DNA from: Myxococcota bacterium
Lineage (GTDB): Bacteria > Myxococcota_A > Polyangia > Nannocystales > Nannocystaceae
Assembly: GCA_039028615.1 (NCBI GenBank)
Contig: JBCCHT010000006.1
Coordinates: forward strand, 160,001 to 224,000
DNA: 64,000 bases
Direction of reading: 5' to 3'
The notes beneath the pieces are model-generated. The model searched no databases. It was not told the origin of the DNA and worked only from the letters and a program-made list of their open reading frames with translations. A program made the translations under genes and the position numbers. Positions within the stretch are counted from its first letter, which is position 1, and each line of letters starts with the position of its first letter. Shown here in pieces: positions 12,022 to 22,816 of this stretch.

Positions 12022-13692
12022 ATGCAACGAGGGTACAGAACCTGGGGCCCGGCCGTGGTGCTGGCCGCGTTCGCCACCGCATGCGGGGACGACGGGGGCA
12101 CGGCGGCGACCACCGAAGGGACCTCCACGACCCAAGGGGACGGCAGCAGCGGCTCGGCGAGCGCCGACGAGACGGGAGATGACGGCACCCCGTCGTGCGG
12201 CGAGGCCTCGGTGGGCCCGACCCCGCTGCGTCGCATGACTCGGCAGCAGTACGCCAACGCGGTCCGAGACTTGATCGGGCTGGACATCGACGTGTCCTCG
12301 CTCGACGGGGACGAGAAGGTCGGCCCCTTCGACAGCAATTTCTCGGCCCCGGTCTCGCCCGTGCAGGTCTCGCAATACCGCATGCTGGCCGAGTCGGTGG
12401 CCCAAAGCGCGGTCGAGGACCTCGACGCCTTGTTGCCCTGCGCGCCCGAGTCGGACGGCTGCCTCGAGCAGTTCGTGGACAGCTTCGGGCGTCGTGCCTT
12501 CCGTCGACCGCTCACCGACGCCGAGGTGAGCATGTACGCCGAGCTCGGCGGCTCCGATCCCCTCGAGGACCACGCTCGGCTGGCCATTCAGGCCATGCTG
12601 CAGTCGCCCTACTTCCTGTATCACCTCGAGCTGAGCCTGCCCGATCCGGCGACCGGCCCCGATTCGGTGGTCGCGCTCGGTCAGTACGAGCTGGCCAGTC
12701 GCCTGTCGTTCTTCCTGTGGGATTCGGTGCCCGACGACGTCTTGCTCGATGCGGCGGCCATCGACGAGCTGAGCACGCCGGAGCAGCTGCTGGCCCAGGC
12801 CGAGCGCATGCTCGAGGACCCCCGCGCCCGCGAGGCCGTGGCCGCGTTCCACGAGCAGTGGCTGGGCATCGACGAGCTCGAGATCATCACCAAGGATCCC
12901 TCGGTCTATCCCGACTACAGCCACGAACTCCGCGACGCGATGCGCCACGAGACGCGGCGTTTTTCGTCCTCGGTGGTGCTGTCGGGGGATGGTCGGCTCG
13001 AGACCTTGCTGACCGCGCCCTACTCGTACCTCGAGGGGCCGCTGTACGAGCTTTATGGGGTGGAGCCGACCGGGGCCAGCGTGGGCGAGCCGGTCGAGCT
13101 GCCCGCGGGCGAACGCGCGGGCCTGCTGACCCAGGCGAGCTTCTTGGCCGTGCACGCCCACTCCAACCAGAGCGGGCCCATCCAGCGCGGCGTCACGGTG
13201 CGGGCCAACCTGTTGTGCACGCAGCCGCCGCCGCCCCCGCCAGACCTCAACGTCATCCCGCCCGACCCCGATCCCAACGCGACGACCCGGGAGCTGTTCG
13301 AGCAGCACACGGCCGACCCCGCGTGCTCCGGCTGCCATGTGCTCATCGATGGCATCGGCCTCGGCTTCGAGGGCTACGACGGCCTGGGCGCGTTCCGAAC
13401 GGAGGAAAACGGCTTCGACGTCGACCAGTCCGGCTCGCTGGTGGGCACGGACGTCGATGGCGAATTCGATGGCGTGGTGGAGCTGGCCGGGATGCTCGCC
13501 AATAGCCAAGACGTCCGCCAGTGCGTGACCCGCCAGTGGTTCCGCTACGCCTTCGGCCGCATCGAGACCGACGAAGACACGTGCTCCATCGAGAGCCTCG
13601 ACGAGCACTTCGAGGCCTCCAACCACGACATTCGCCAGCTGCTGATCGCGCTCGTGCAGACCGACGCGTTCCGCTACCGGGTGACGCAATAG
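12022..13692 (+). CDS. DUF1592/DUF1588-family lipoprotein with heme-c motif
   Basis: Lipobox ATAC. LRRMTRQQYANAVRDL, FGRRAFRRPL, MLQSPYFLY, YELASRLSFFLW, RAGLLTQASFL, CSGCH (CxxCH). Confidence 0.85.
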   Translation: MQRGYRTWGPAVVLAAFATACGDDGGTAATTEGTSTTQGDGSSGSASADETGDDGTPSCGEASVGPTPLRRMTRQQYANAVRDLIGLDIDVSSLDGDEKVGPFDSNFSAPVSPVQVSQYRMLAESVAQSAVEDLDALLPCAPESDGCLEQFVDSFGRRAFRRPLTDAEVSMYAELGGSDPLEDHARLAIQAMLQSPYFLYHLELSLPDPATGPDSVVALGQYELASRLSFFLWDSVPDDVLLDAAAIDELSTPEQLLAQAERMLEDPRAREAVAAFHEQWLGIDELEIITKDPSVYPDYSHELRDAMRHETRRFSSSVVLSGDGRLETLLTAPYSYLEGPLYELYGVEPTGASVGEPVELPAGERAGLLTQASFLAVHAHSNQSGPIQRGVTVRANLLCTQPPPPPPDLNVIPPDPDPNATTRELFEQHTADPACSGCHVLIDGIGLGFEGYDGLGAFRTEENGFDVDQSGSLVGTDVDGEFDGVVELAGMLANSQDVRQCVTRQWFRYAFGRIETDEDTCSIESLDEHFEASNHDIRQLLIALVQTDAFRYRVTQ

Positions 13693-13712
13693 GAAGACAA
13701 CGGGAACCGACC

Positions 13713-15059
13713 ATGCCGACCATCGTTCGACCTCGATTCTCCCGCCGTCACCTGCTGCGCTCGCTGGGCCTCGGTGCCGCCGCCGCGCCCTTCCTGCCGC
13801 TGCTCGAGAGCGCGGCGGGGGAGCCCGAAGCCCCGCCCAAGCGCCTGCTGCTGTTCTTCCATCCGCACGGCGTCATCCGGGACACCTGGCTGCCCCAAGG
13901 CACGGAGACCGACTTCACGCTGCCCACCATGCTCGAGCCGCTGGCGCCCTTCCAAGATCGCATGGTGGTGCTCGACGGCCTGCAGATCGTGCCCAGCGGT
14001 CCTCCGGGCGGGCCGCATACGGTGGGCCCCGCGTACCTGTTCACCGGCTCGCCCATGCTCGCGGGCGACGACTTCATGCACCCCAGCAGCGGCGGGCCGC
14101 ACGGGTGGGGTAGCTCGCAGTCCATCGAGCAAGCGGTGGCCGACGTCATCGGCACGACCACGCCCTTCCGCTCGCTCGAGCTCGGGGTCCAGGTCGGGGG
14201 CAACCACCCCGGCAGCCGCATGAGCTACCTCGACGCGGGCTTCCCCCTCGCCCCCGAGCCCAACCCGCACGCGATGTTCGAGTCGATCTTCGGCAGCATC
14301 GGCGTCGACACGGAGACCGCGGCCAAGCTCAAGGCGGAGCGGCTCAGCGTCATCGACACCATCCTGCCGCAACTGGAGACGCTGCAGGGCCAGGTCTCGA
14401 GCTTCGACCAGATCAAGATCGACGCCCACCTCACCGGGATCCGGCAGATCGAGCAGGCCCTGAGCGCCGAGTACGTGTGCCAGGCCCCCACGCTGGGCGA
14501 AGCGGTGGAGCTGCCCAACAGCAACTACGAGGAAATGGGGACCATCTCGCGCCAGCAGATCGATCTGCTGGTCGACTCCTTCGCCTGTCAGGTCACCAAC
14601 GTCGCCAGCCTGATGTATCGGCGGGGCGAGAACGACAACTTCCCCTACCCGCACCTGGGCATCGCCGACAGCCACCATCAAACAAGCCACGCGGGCGACT
14701 CGGACACCGAGGCGCACGCGCTGCTCACCGACATCTATCGGTTCTACGCGGAAGAGCTCGCGTACCTCGCCCAGCGCCTCGACTCCATCGTCGAGCCGGA
14801 CGGCAGCACGATGCTCGACAACACCCTGATCGTGTGGGGCAGCGAGGTCGCCAAGGGCAACACCCACGAGTGGACGAACATGCCCTTCGTGCTGCTGGGA
14901 GGCGCGGGCGGGGCAGTCCCGGGCGGGCGCTTCTTGAGCTATCCGGGGCGAAACCACTGCCAGCTGCTGGTCTCCGTGGCCAATGCCATGGGCCTGCCGA
15001 TCACCGAGTTCGGCGGCTTCGACGACGGCAGCGGACCTCTGCCCGGGCTGGTCGGATGA
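13713..15059 (+). CDS. DUF1552-family Tat-exported protein
   Basis: SRRHLL twin-arginine signal, PKRLLLFFHPHG, EPDGSTMLDNTLIVWGSE, LLGGAGG. Directly follows the DUF1592 gene, as is typical for this pair. Confidence 0.85.
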   Translation: MPTIVRPRFSRRHLLRSLGLGAAAAPFLPLLESAAGEPEAPPKRLLLFFHPHGVIRDTWLPQGTETDFTLPTMLEPLAPFQDRMVVLDGLQIVPSGPPGGPHTVGPAYLFTGSPMLAGDDFMHPSSGGPHGWGSSQSIEQAVADVIGTTTPFRSLELGVQVGGNHPGSRMSYLDAGFPLAPEPNPHAMFESIFGSIGVDTETAAKLKAERLSVIDTILPQLETLQGQVSSFDQIKIDAHLTGIRQIEQALSAEYVCQAPTLGEAVELPNSNYEEMGTISRQQIDLLVDSFACQVTNVASLMYRRGENDNFPYPHLGIADSHHQTSHAGDSDTEAHALLTDIYRFYAEELAYLAQRLDSIVEPDGSTMLDNTLIVWGSEVAKGNTHEWTNMPFVLLGGAGGAVPGGRFLSYPGRNHCQLLVSVANAMGLPITEFGGFDDGSGPLPGLVG

Positions 15060-16396
15060 ACCGGAGTCCTGCACGTCACCTCGCGAGCGGAGCCGTGGCC
15101 TTCGGGCTCTCGCTCGCCGCATCCGGCTCGGCCCAGGCCGAGCCGCTCGGGCTGCTGGTGGTCGAACACGATGCGGGCGCAGTGCTGCGCTTCGGCGAGG
15201 GCGGCGACCTCAGCACGGCGGAGCGCTTCGCCACCGGGCTCTCCGATCCCTACGGCCTCTGCGTGGGTCCAGGCGGAGACATCTACGTGGCCGAGTCGGC
15301 GACCGGCGAGATCACGGTGATCACCGAGGGCGGCGACTTCACCGACGCCATGCCCTTTGCGTTCGCTACGTTCACGCCCGTCGACCTGTGGTGCACCGAG
15401 ACCCAGATCCTGGTCTCGACTCCGATCCCGCCGTTGCCCGTCATCGCCGACATCACCCAGGGCGGCGACTTGCTGCTGAGCATCGAGCTTTATGCCACGG
15501 GGCTGCCCGCCCCGATCGGCATGACCCGCGACGGCGAGGGCAACCTGTTCTCGGCCAACGGCGCGGGCATCTTCGACGTCACCACCCCCGGCGACTTTGC
15601 GATGGCCGAGCCCTTCGCCACGGGGCAGTCGGTCCTGACGATGACGTGGACGGGCGAGGCGCTGTGGGGGGGCCACTCCGCGCTCCCGGCCATCTACGAC
15701 CTCACGCCCGGCGGCGACCTGACCATGGCCGAGCCGGTGGCCGTGCTGCCCACGGTGGGCGCCGGTCACATCGACGGCCTGCTCACCACCCTCAGCGGGG
15801 AGACCTACGCGGTGACCGGCAACGAGATCTACGAGGTCGGTGCGGGTGGCGACCTGACCATGGCGACGCCCTTCGCCACGGGACTGCAGACGGGGGAGCG
15901 CGGGTTCGTGGGCATGCTGGAGCACATCTGCTCGGCCGATGCCGACTGCTCCGATGGCGATGCCTGCAACGGCATGGAGCAGTGCGTGGACAATCGCTGC
16001 CTGCCGCCCGAGCAACCGCTGTCGTGCGACGACGGAGACGCCTGCACCGAAGACAGCTGCGAAGCGAGCCGGGGCTGCATGCACGAGACCATCGCCAACT
16101 GCTGCGACGAGGACTTCGACTGCACGGTCGACGAGCTGTGTGACCTCGAGGCGATGGTCTGCGTCCCGGTGGGCATCATCACGACCGGCCTCGATGGCAC
16201 GGGCGATGGCGACGACAGCGGCACGGCGGGCGGCCTGACCACGGGCGGCGAGCTGCCCACGGGGGCGACCGACGACGCAGGCGCAGCGGATGCGGGCGAT
16301 GGCGGCTGCAGCTGCCACCAACCCGGCGGAGAGGGGCCAGTCACGCTGGCGTGGCTGCTGCTGGTGCTGGGATGGCGCCGCCGGCCAGCGTCATAG
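15056..16396 (+). CDS. Secreted repeat (beta-propeller-like) protein with Cys-rich repeats and MYXO-CTERM-type tail
   Basis: ATGA overlap with the DUF1552 stop. Signal peptide, repeats of consensus xxGGD(L/F)TxAxPFATGL, CDDGDACTEDSC, terminal GCSC...WLLLVLGWRRR. Confidence 0.8.
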   Translation: MNRSPARHLASGAVAFGLSLAASGSAQAEPLGLLVVEHDAGAVLRFGEGGDLSTAERFATGLSDPYGLCVGPGGDIYVAESATGEITVITEGGDFTDAMPFAFATFTPVDLWCTETQILVSTPIPPLPVIADITQGGDLLLSIELYATGLPAPIGMTRDGEGNLFSANGAGIFDVTTPGDFAMAEPFATGQSVLTMTWTGEALWGGHSALPAIYDLTPGGDLTMAEPVAVLPTVGAGHIDGLLTTLSGETYAVTGNEIYEVGAGGDLTMATPFATGLQTGERGFVGMLEHICSADADCSDGDACNGMEQCVDNRCLPPEQPLSCDDGDACTEDSCEASRGCMHETIANCCDEDFDCTVDELCDLEAMVCVPVGIITTGLDGTGDGDDSGTAGGLTTGGELPTGATDDAGAADAGDGGCSCHQPGGEGPVTLAWLLLVLGWRRRPAS

Positions 16397-17476
16397 CCAG
16401 GGAAAGCGCCGAGACACCCGCGACATCACCTTGCCCGCGATCCGCTCGCCCCGCTCACGCAGCCGATCGCGCTTGCGAGGGCGGACCTTGGGATCGAGCT
16501 TCACCCGTGCGAACTCGGCTTCGAGCCCCGCTCGCTCGCCCGGCAGCAGGCGCAGCTCGGCCGCGGTGGCATTGGCCCGGACCTGAGCCGCGGTGCTGCC
16601 TCCGGCGATGACCGCCGTCACCCCGGGCCGCTCGAGGACCCACGCCAGCGCGATCTGGGCCTCGGCCACCCGATGCCGCCGCGCCAGCGGCTGCAGGCCG
16701 CTGACCCGCGCCGCCTCGACCCGCGCCACGTTGGTGGGATGAAACAGCGGGTTGTAGCGACGGTAGTCGTCCAGGCCCAGCCGTCGCCCCTTGGTCATGC
16801 GCCCGGCCAAAAGCCCGTGCAGCAGCGGAGAGTAGGCCAAGAAGCCGCAGCCGTGCTCGTGCACCGCGTCCATGGCCCCGCGCTCGATCTCGCGGCGCAG
16901 CAGGCTGTACTCGGACTGGAGACTCGCCAGCGGCCGATCGCCGAGTTCCTGCCGGGCCTCGTCCACCTGCGCGGCGGAGAAGTTGCAGACGCCGACGGCC
17001 TTCACCTTGCCCTCGTCGCACAGCCGCCCCAGCTCGCCCATGGTCTCCGCCAGCGGGACCGAGGTATCGGGATGATGCACCTGGCACAGGTCGAGCGACT
17101 CGATGCCCATGCGCTGCAGGCTGCTCTCCACGTCGCGACGCACCGTGGCTGGCCGGCCATCGCGACGGACGACCCGCGGCGTCCCCGACTCGTCGTTGGA
17201 GGTGAACAGCACCTCGCCGTGGTCGTCGTCCCAGCGCAGGCCGACCTTGCTCAGCACCTGCACCCGGTCGCGCCGGTCGGCGATCGCCCGCCCCACCATG
17301 CGCTCCGACTCGCCGAACTCGTACAGCGGCGCCGTGTCGATGCTGGTGATGCCGATGTCGATGGCCGCGTGCAGGGTACGGACACGCTCGCCGGGGTCAC
17401 GGCGCGCAAAGGCCTGGGTCCCGTAGACGATGGGAGAGACGTGCAGACCAGAGGAACCGAGCGGACGAGGTTGCAT
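16391..17476 (-). CDS. Aldo/keto reductase
   Basis: IDTAPLY, SKVG, QVHHPD, GVCNF, QSEYSLL, YSPL, QIALAW. Start at ATG 17476. Confidence 0.92.
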   Translation of the reverse strand: MQPRPLGSSGLHVSPIVYGTQAFARRDPGERVRTLHAAIDIGITSIDTAPLYEFGESERMVGRAIADRRDRVQVLSKVGLRWDDDHGEVLFTSNDESGTPRVVRRDGRPATVRRDVESSLQRMGIESLDLCQVHHPDTSVPLAETMGELGRLCDEGKVKAVGVCNFSAAQVDEARQELGDRPLASLQSEYSLLRREIERGAMDAVHEHGCGFLAYSPLLHGLLAGRMTKGRRLGLDDYRRYNPLFHPTNVARVEAARVSGLQPLARRHRVAEAQIALAWVLERPGVTAVIAGGSTAAQVRANATAAELRLLPGERAGLEAEFARVKLDPKVRPRKRDRLRERGERIAGKVMSRVSRRFPWL

Positions 17477-17571
17477 GGCGAGAGCGCGGGACAGCGGAGA
17501 CGATACGGCCCGGAGCAAGCGGAGTACACCCGGGGTGGAATCGAGCCCGGCGGCGCACTACGGTACGAGTC

Positions 17572-18390
17572 ATGACCCTCACGGTCGTTCGACACGACGA
17601 CCCCGCCGCGCTGCTACGGCGGGCCCGGCCGTTCCTGCTTCGCGACGAACCCGAGACCTCGCTGATCCTCGGGGTCGCCCAGAACCTCGCGCCCGACCGA
17701 CCGGGACCGCTGCTGCTCACGGTCGAACGCGACGACGAGGTGCGAGCGGTCGCCCTCCACATCGCGCCCCATAGTCTGCTCGTCACCGACGTCGCCCCCG
17801 AGGATCGAGCCGCCCTGCGCACGACCTTGCTCGAGCTCGTCCCCGACCTGCCGAGCATGACGGGACCCATGGCGACCGTCGACGCGCTCCGCACGGGATG
17901 GCCGCAGGCCCACGCCACCGTGCACATGCGGCTGCACAAGCTCGAGCGGTTGATCGAGCCGCCCGTGCCCCCGGGCCAGGTACGCCTGGCCACCCCCGCC
18001 GACGCCGACGCGCTCGCCCCATGGGCCCAGGGCTTCACCAAAGACAGCGGCTCCGACGACCCGCGGCCCGGCGCGGAAGTGCTCGCCCCCTATCTCGACA
18101 ACGGCACGCTGTACCTGTGGGAGGACGGGCAGGCGCGCTGCATGGTGGGGTGGTCGCGCGACACACCCAACGGCGCGTCGATCAGCCTCGTGTACACGCC
18201 GCCAGCGCATCGCGGCCGCGGCTATGCCACCGCGCTCGCCGCCCATGTCAGTCGACTCCTGCTTTCGCGGGGCAAGCGCTTCTGCGTACTATTCACCAAC
18301 TTAGCCAATCCCACCGCCAACGCGATCTACGCCCGCATCGGATACGAGCCACTGAGTGACCACTCCACGTGGTCCCTTCGCGCTCCGTGA
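17572..18390 (+). CDS. GNAT-family N-acetyltransferase
   Basis: VYTPPAHRGRGYA acetyl-CoA motif and LFTNLANPTANAIYARIGY. Confidence 0.9.
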   Translation: MTLTVVRHDDPAALLRRARPFLLRDEPETSLILGVAQNLAPDRPGPLLLTVERDDEVRAVALHIAPHSLLVTDVAPEDRAALRTTLLELVPDLPSMTGPMATVDALRTGWPQAHATVHMRLHKLERLIEPPVPPGQVRLATPADADALAPWAQGFTKDSGSDDPRPGAEVLAPYLDNGTLYLWEDGQARCMVGWSRDTPNGASISLVYTPPAHRGRGYATALAAHVSRLLLSRGKRFCVLFTNLANPTANAIYARIGYEPLSDHSTWSLRAP

Positions 18391-18507
18391 TCACACTCAC
18401 CTACTGCACGGTTCGTTGCAATGATCGTCGCTGCGGTTCGTCTCACCAACTGCGTGACGAGGATCGCTCGCACATTCACCCGCGTCTCCTAGGCTGAAGG
18501 CAACCCC

Positions 18508-19089
18508 GTGATCACCCAGCTAGTCGCCGCCGCCATGATGATGTCCTTTGCACCCCACGTGCCGTGGGTCGAAACGGACGTCGCCGATCTGTCACCCCAG
18601 GGCTTGTCGCACCAGGAAGTCCTCCGCATCGACCCGGACTTCGGCAAGAACCATCACGACATCGTGGTGGACTCGTGGACGCTGGCCGACAACCCGGAGA
18701 CCATCTCCGAGGTGCGCATGTGGTGGCTGCACAGCAAAGAGAACGACGAGCGCAGCCCGTTCGGCAAAGGCGTGCGCCGCTTCGTCAACCTCGACTACGA
18801 ACGTCGGGGCCCCCGGAGCTTCGCGGTCATCCTCAAGGGCGAGCGGCGTCAGTGGTCCTTCGACGTCGAGCTCGGTGACGACGGCAAGGCCATCGCGCTC
18901 GCCGACATCACCACCCGCGGCGGCACCGTGGTCAAGCGCTGCGAGGCCGAGTCGGCCAAGCTGCTCGTGCGACGGGTGATGGGGATCCCCATGGGGCTCA
19001 AGGGGCTCGAAGTGACCTGCCGCGACAGCGCGGGCAAGAAGCATCGCGGCACCCTCCCCGAGCGCAAGATCAAGCGACGACGTCGCTGA
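18508..19089 (+). CDS. Hypothetical exported protein (weak DUF4833-like resemblance)
   Basis: Typical codon usage and signal-like N-terminus. The family resemblance is from memory only. Confidence 0.6.
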   Translation: MITQLVAAAMMMSFAPHVPWVETDVADLSPQGLSHQEVLRIDPDFGKNHHDIVVDSWTLADNPETISEVRMWWLHSKENDERSPFGKGVRRFVNLDYERRGPRSFAVILKGERRQWSFDVELGDDGKAIALADITTRGGTVVKRCEAESAKLLVRRVMGIPMGLKGLEVTCRDSAGKKHRGTLPERKIKRRRR

Positions 19090-19311
19090 CGGGACCACCA
19101 GGAGCAAAGCAGGCGACGGCGGCATCGAGCACCAGCTCGATCCCGCCGTTTCCCGTTTTGGGACACCGCGTTCCGCCGAAGGTCCGCGTCAACTCCGCGG
19201 GAGGTCAAAGTGGCAGCAGGTAAGCATGGTCGGTCCGTGTGTGCCGCTGCTACAGTCGGCGCCCCGCGGAGGCCCCATTGGCCCATTCGCGCGCGATTCC
19301 AGGAGATGACG

Positions 19312-21075
19312 ATGAAAGCCACCGTGATGGAGGTCTTCGACAAGACCGCCGAGAAGCACGCCCAACGTCCCGCGCTCAAGGTCAAGCGAAACGGCAAGTG
19401 GGTGACGACGACCTGGCGGGAGTACCACGATCAGGTCCGAGCCGCGGCCAAGAGCTTCATCGCTCTGGGTCTACAGCCCGGCAAAGGCGTGTCGATCATC
19501 GGGTTCAACAGTCCCGAGTGGGTCATCTCCGACGTGGGAGCGATCTATGCCGGTGGTTGCCCGGCGGGCATCTACACCACCAACGCGCCCGATCAGTGCC
19601 ACTACATCGCCAGCCACGCCGAGGCTCAGGTGGCGGTGGTCGAGAACGCGGCGCAGCTCGACAAGTTCCTCCAGATCCGAGACCGCCTCGAGGACCTCCA
19701 GGCCATCGTGATGATGGAAGGCGACCACGACGACGAGAACGTCTACTCGTGGGAGGACTTCCTCGCCAAGGGCAAGGACCTCGACGACTCCGTGCTGCAG
19801 GAGCGCATCGACGCCCAGAAGCCGGACGACGCGTGCACGTACATCTACACCTCGGGCACCACGGGTGACCCGAAGGCGGTGATGATCAGCCACGACAACA
19901 TCACGTGGACCGCCGAGGCTGCACTGAACTCGTTGGGCGCCGCCGATGGCGACCGCATGATCAGCTACCTGCCGCTGTCGCACATCGCCGAGCAGATCGT
20001 TTCGCTGCATGGCCCCATCGTCAACGGTTCGTGCACCTCGTTCGCCGAGAGCATCGACGCGCTGGGTGACAACCTCAAAGAGGTGCGACCGACCATCTTC
20101 CTCGCCGTGCCGCGCGTGTGGGAGAAGATCCAGGCCAAGATGGTGGCCACGGCCGCGGGCAACAGCGGTCTCAAGAAGAAGATCGGCGCCTGGGCGCGGG
20201 GCATCGGCATCAAGGGCGGCTACGCCACCCAGGAAAACAAGCCCCTGCCGCTGTTCTGGGGCGTCGCCGACAAGCTCGTGTTCTCCAAGGTTCGCGACGC
20301 GCTGGGCCTGGACCAGTGCCGCATCGCGGTGACCTCCGCCGCCCCAATCTCCAAGTCGACCCTCGAGTTCTTCTTGAGCTTGGGCGTGCCCATCATGGAG
20401 GTCTACGGCATGTCGGAGTGCACCGGGCCGGCCACCGTCTCGCTGCCCGACTCGTACCGCACGGGCTGGGTAGGCAAGGTGCTGCCCGGGGCCGAGGTCA
20501 AGATCGCCGAGGACGGCGAGATTTGCATGCGCGGCCGCCACGTCTTCAAGGGCTACTACAAGAACGAAGCGGCCACCCAAGAGGCGCTCGACGACGACGG
20601 CTGGCTGCACTCCGGTGACATCGGCGAGCTCGACAACGGCTTCTTGCGCATCACCGATCGCAAGAAGGACCTCATCATCACCGCGGGCGGCGAGAACATC
20701 GCGCCGCAGGTCATCGAGGGCAAGCTCAAGAGCATCGCCGTGGTCAGCCAGGCGGTGGTGGTCGGCGACCGCCGCAAGCACCTGTCCGCGCTGCTCACCG
20801 TGGACGAGACCAAGCTCGACGAGACCATCCGCGAGTCGGGCAGCAGCGCCAAGACCATGGAAGAGGCCTCGAAGGACGACAAGGTCCAGCAGTGGCTCAT
20901 GTCGCAGGTCGAGCAGGTCAACAAGGACCTCGCCCGGGTGCAGACGATCAAGAAGATCAAGATGCTCCCCGCCGACCTCAGCATCGAGGGTGGCGAGCTG
21001 ACGCCGACCATGAAGGTCAAGCGCAAGATCGTGAACCAGAAGTACGCCGACATGATCGAGGCGTTCTACGCCTGA
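19312..21075 (+). CDS. Long-chain fatty-acid--CoA ligase (AMP-binding)
   Basis: YTSGTTGDPK, YLPLSH, YGMSE, GWLHSGDIG, RKKDLIITAGGENIAP, ELTPTMK. AGGAG at 19301 precedes ATG 19312. Confidence 0.95.
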   Translation: MKATVMEVFDKTAEKHAQRPALKVKRNGKWVTTTWREYHDQVRAAAKSFIALGLQPGKGVSIIGFNSPEWVISDVGAIYAGGCPAGIYTTNAPDQCHYIASHAEAQVAVVENAAQLDKFLQIRDRLEDLQAIVMMEGDHDDENVYSWEDFLAKGKDLDDSVLQERIDAQKPDDACTYIYTSGTTGDPKAVMISHDNITWTAEAALNSLGAADGDRMISYLPLSHIAEQIVSLHGPIVNGSCTSFAESIDALGDNLKEVRPTIFLAVPRVWEKIQAKMVATAAGNSGLKKKIGAWARGIGIKGGYATQENKPLPLFWGVADKLVFSKVRDALGLDQCRIAVTSAAPISKSTLEFFLSLGVPIMEVYGMSECTGPATVSLPDSYRTGWVGKVLPGAEVKIAEDGEICMRGRHVFKGYYKNEAATQEALDDDGWLHSGDIGELDNGFLRITDRKKDLIITAGGENIAPQVIEGKLKSIAVVSQAVVVGDRRKHLSALLTVDETKLDETIRESGSSAKTMEEASKDDKVQQWLMSQVEQVNKDLARVQTIKKIKMLPADLSIEGGELTPTMKVKRKIVNQKYADMIEAFYA

Positions 21076-21105
21076 GCATCGCTCCGGCTCGGTTCGTGAA
21101 AAACG

Positions 21106-21139
21106 GAGGTCGGCCCCACGGGGTCGGCCTCTTTTGTTT
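21106..21139 (+). terminator. Rho-independent terminator after the acyl-CoA ligase
   Basis: GAGGTCGGCCCC / GGGGTCGGCCTC stem (two G-U pairs) followed by TTTTGTTT. Confidence 0.75.
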
Positions 21140-21204
21140 GGGATCTCGGCGCCTTGGCGCGATCGACTTGCCGGTCGCGGTCGGGCTGAGATATTGCCGA
21201 AGCA

Positions 21205-21600
21205 ATGGCCAGTGGCGTCGTTCCGCCCCTCGTTTGGGTCTTTGTTGCCGGGGGCACGGGCGCCACCCTGCGCGTGGTGCTGGGCGGCCTCATCGACGAG
21301 CGCTGGTCCGACCGACTGCCCTACGTGGGGACCTTGGTGGTGAACCTCATCGGGTGCTTCGCCATCGGGCTGGCCGCGGCCGCGATTCCACCGGGCACGG
21401 CTCGCACGGCGGTACTCGGCGGACTCCTGGGCGGCTTCACCACCTACAGCGCGTTCGCGCTGTTTTCCCACGACCTCATCCGCGACCAGCAGCTCGGCGT
21501 GATGGCGCTGCAGATCGGGCTGCACCTGGTGCTCGGGGTCGTGCTCGCGGCGGCCGGGGTCGCCCTGGGGCGAATGCTCTTCGGCCCGCTGCCGCAGTAG
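21205..21600 (+). CDS. crcB: Fluoride efflux channel CrcB/FluC
   Basis: AGGTGATLR, GTLVVNLIGCF, GLLGGFTTYSAF. 131 aa with four hydrophobic segments. Confidence 0.9.
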   Translation: MASGVVPPLVWVFVAGGTGATLRVVLGGLIDERWSDRLPYVGTLVVNLIGCFAIGLAAAAIPPGTARTAVLGGLLGGFTTYSAFALFSHDLIRDQQLGVMALQIGLHLVLGVVLAAAGVALGRMLFGPLPQ

Positions 21601-21610
21601 GAGCACATCG

Positions 21611-22816
21611 GTGGTGGCCCCGTCCGTGTTCGCCTCGGGTCCGCTTCAGCGAAGCCCGGACACGCAGGTGGCGGCACGGGTCCTGGAGGCTGCGTTGGCG
21701 GCGGTCGATCCGGGCGCGTGCGTGCGTCGGGCGTTGCGGGTGGAGGCCGACGCGATCGAATCAGGACGGCACCGCATGGCGCTGCGCGATGATGCTCGGG
21801 TGTGGCTGATCGCGGTGGGCAAAGCGGCCGAGGCCATGACGCGGGCGGCCGTGCCCCCGCTGGGTGCACGGCTCGCGGAGGGGCTGGTCGTGGCCAAGCA
21901 CCCGTCCGACGAAGTTCTCGACTCGCGGGGGCGCATCACGACGGTGGTGGGGGCACACCCGGTCCCCGATGAACGCAGCCTCGCCGCCGGGCAGGCGGTC
22001 ATCGATTTCGTGCAGCGGGCGGGCGAGCAGGACCTCGTGGTGATGTTGTTGTCCGGGGGTGCGTCGTCGTTGATGGTCGCGCCGCTCCCCGGCACGAGTC
22101 TCGAAGACATCGCGGCCCGAGGTGACGCGCTGCTACGCAGCGGGGCCCCCATCGAACAGATCAACGCAGCCCGGACCCAACTCGATCGACTCAAGGGCGG
22201 CGGCCTGCTGCGACTGGCGGCCCCGACTCGCGTGCTGAGCCTGGTGCTCTGCGATGTCGTGGATGCCCCGCTCTCGGTGGTGGGCTCGGGACCGACGATG
22301 CCCGGGCCCATGGTCGCCATCGCCGACAACGATGCGGCCGTGCACGCTGCCCTGGCCGCCGCCCGAGCCGAGGGCTGGGCCACCGAGCGCTGGCCCGCCC
22401 TGCGCGGAGAAGCGCGGGTGGTCGGCCAGCAGCTCGCGCAACGGCTCCGCGACGCGAAGGTCACCACTCCCACCGTGTTCGTGGCCGGCGGCGAGACGAC
22501 CGTGACCGTGCACGGCCGAGGCCGTGGCGGTCGCAACCAAGAGCTGGCCCTCGCCGCCGTCGAGCCTCTCGACGGTCATGCCCATCGAACGCTGATCACC
22601 CTGGCCACCGACGGCGAAGACGGGCCCACCGATGCCGCGGGCGCCGTCGTGCGGGGCCGAACCGCGGCCGATGCTCGGGCCCGGGGCTTCGACGTCGCCG
22701 CGCGGCTCGACGACAACGATGCCTACCCGGTATTCGAGGGCACGGGTGATCTGCTACGAATCGGTCCGACCGGGACCAATGTCTGTGACCTCGTCCTCGG
22801 CCTCGCTCGACCATGA
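21611..22816 (+). CDS. Glycerate kinase, MOFRL/DUF4147 type
   Basis: AVGKAAEAM, HPVPD, LSGGASSL, KGGGL, GGETTV, GRGGRNQE, TDGEDG, PTGTNVCD. Confidence 0.92.
   Translation: MVAPSVFASGPLQRSPDTQVAARVLEAALAAVDPGACVRRALRVEADAIESGRHRMALRDDARVWLIAVGKAAEAMTRAAVPPLGARLAEGLVVAKHPSDEVLDSRGRITTVVGAHPVPDERSLAAGQAVIDFVQRAGEQDLVVMLLSGGASSLMVAPLPGTSLEDIAARGDALLRSGAPIEQINAARTQLDRLKGGGLLRLAAPTRVLSLVLCDVVDAPLSVVGSGPTMPGPMVAIADNDAAVHAALAAARAEGWATERWPALRGEARVVGQQLAQRLRDAKVTTPTVFVAGGETTVTVHGRGRGGRNQELALAAVEPLDGHAHRTLITLATDGEDGPTDAAGAVVRGRTAADARARGFDVAARLDDNDAYPVFEGTGDLLRIGPTGTNVCDLVLGLARP

Noticed and set aside
21076..21204. Fluoride riboswitch upstream of crcB
   Set aside because: No GGCGATGGxGTTCGCC-like motif. 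The region holds only the upstream gene's terminator.
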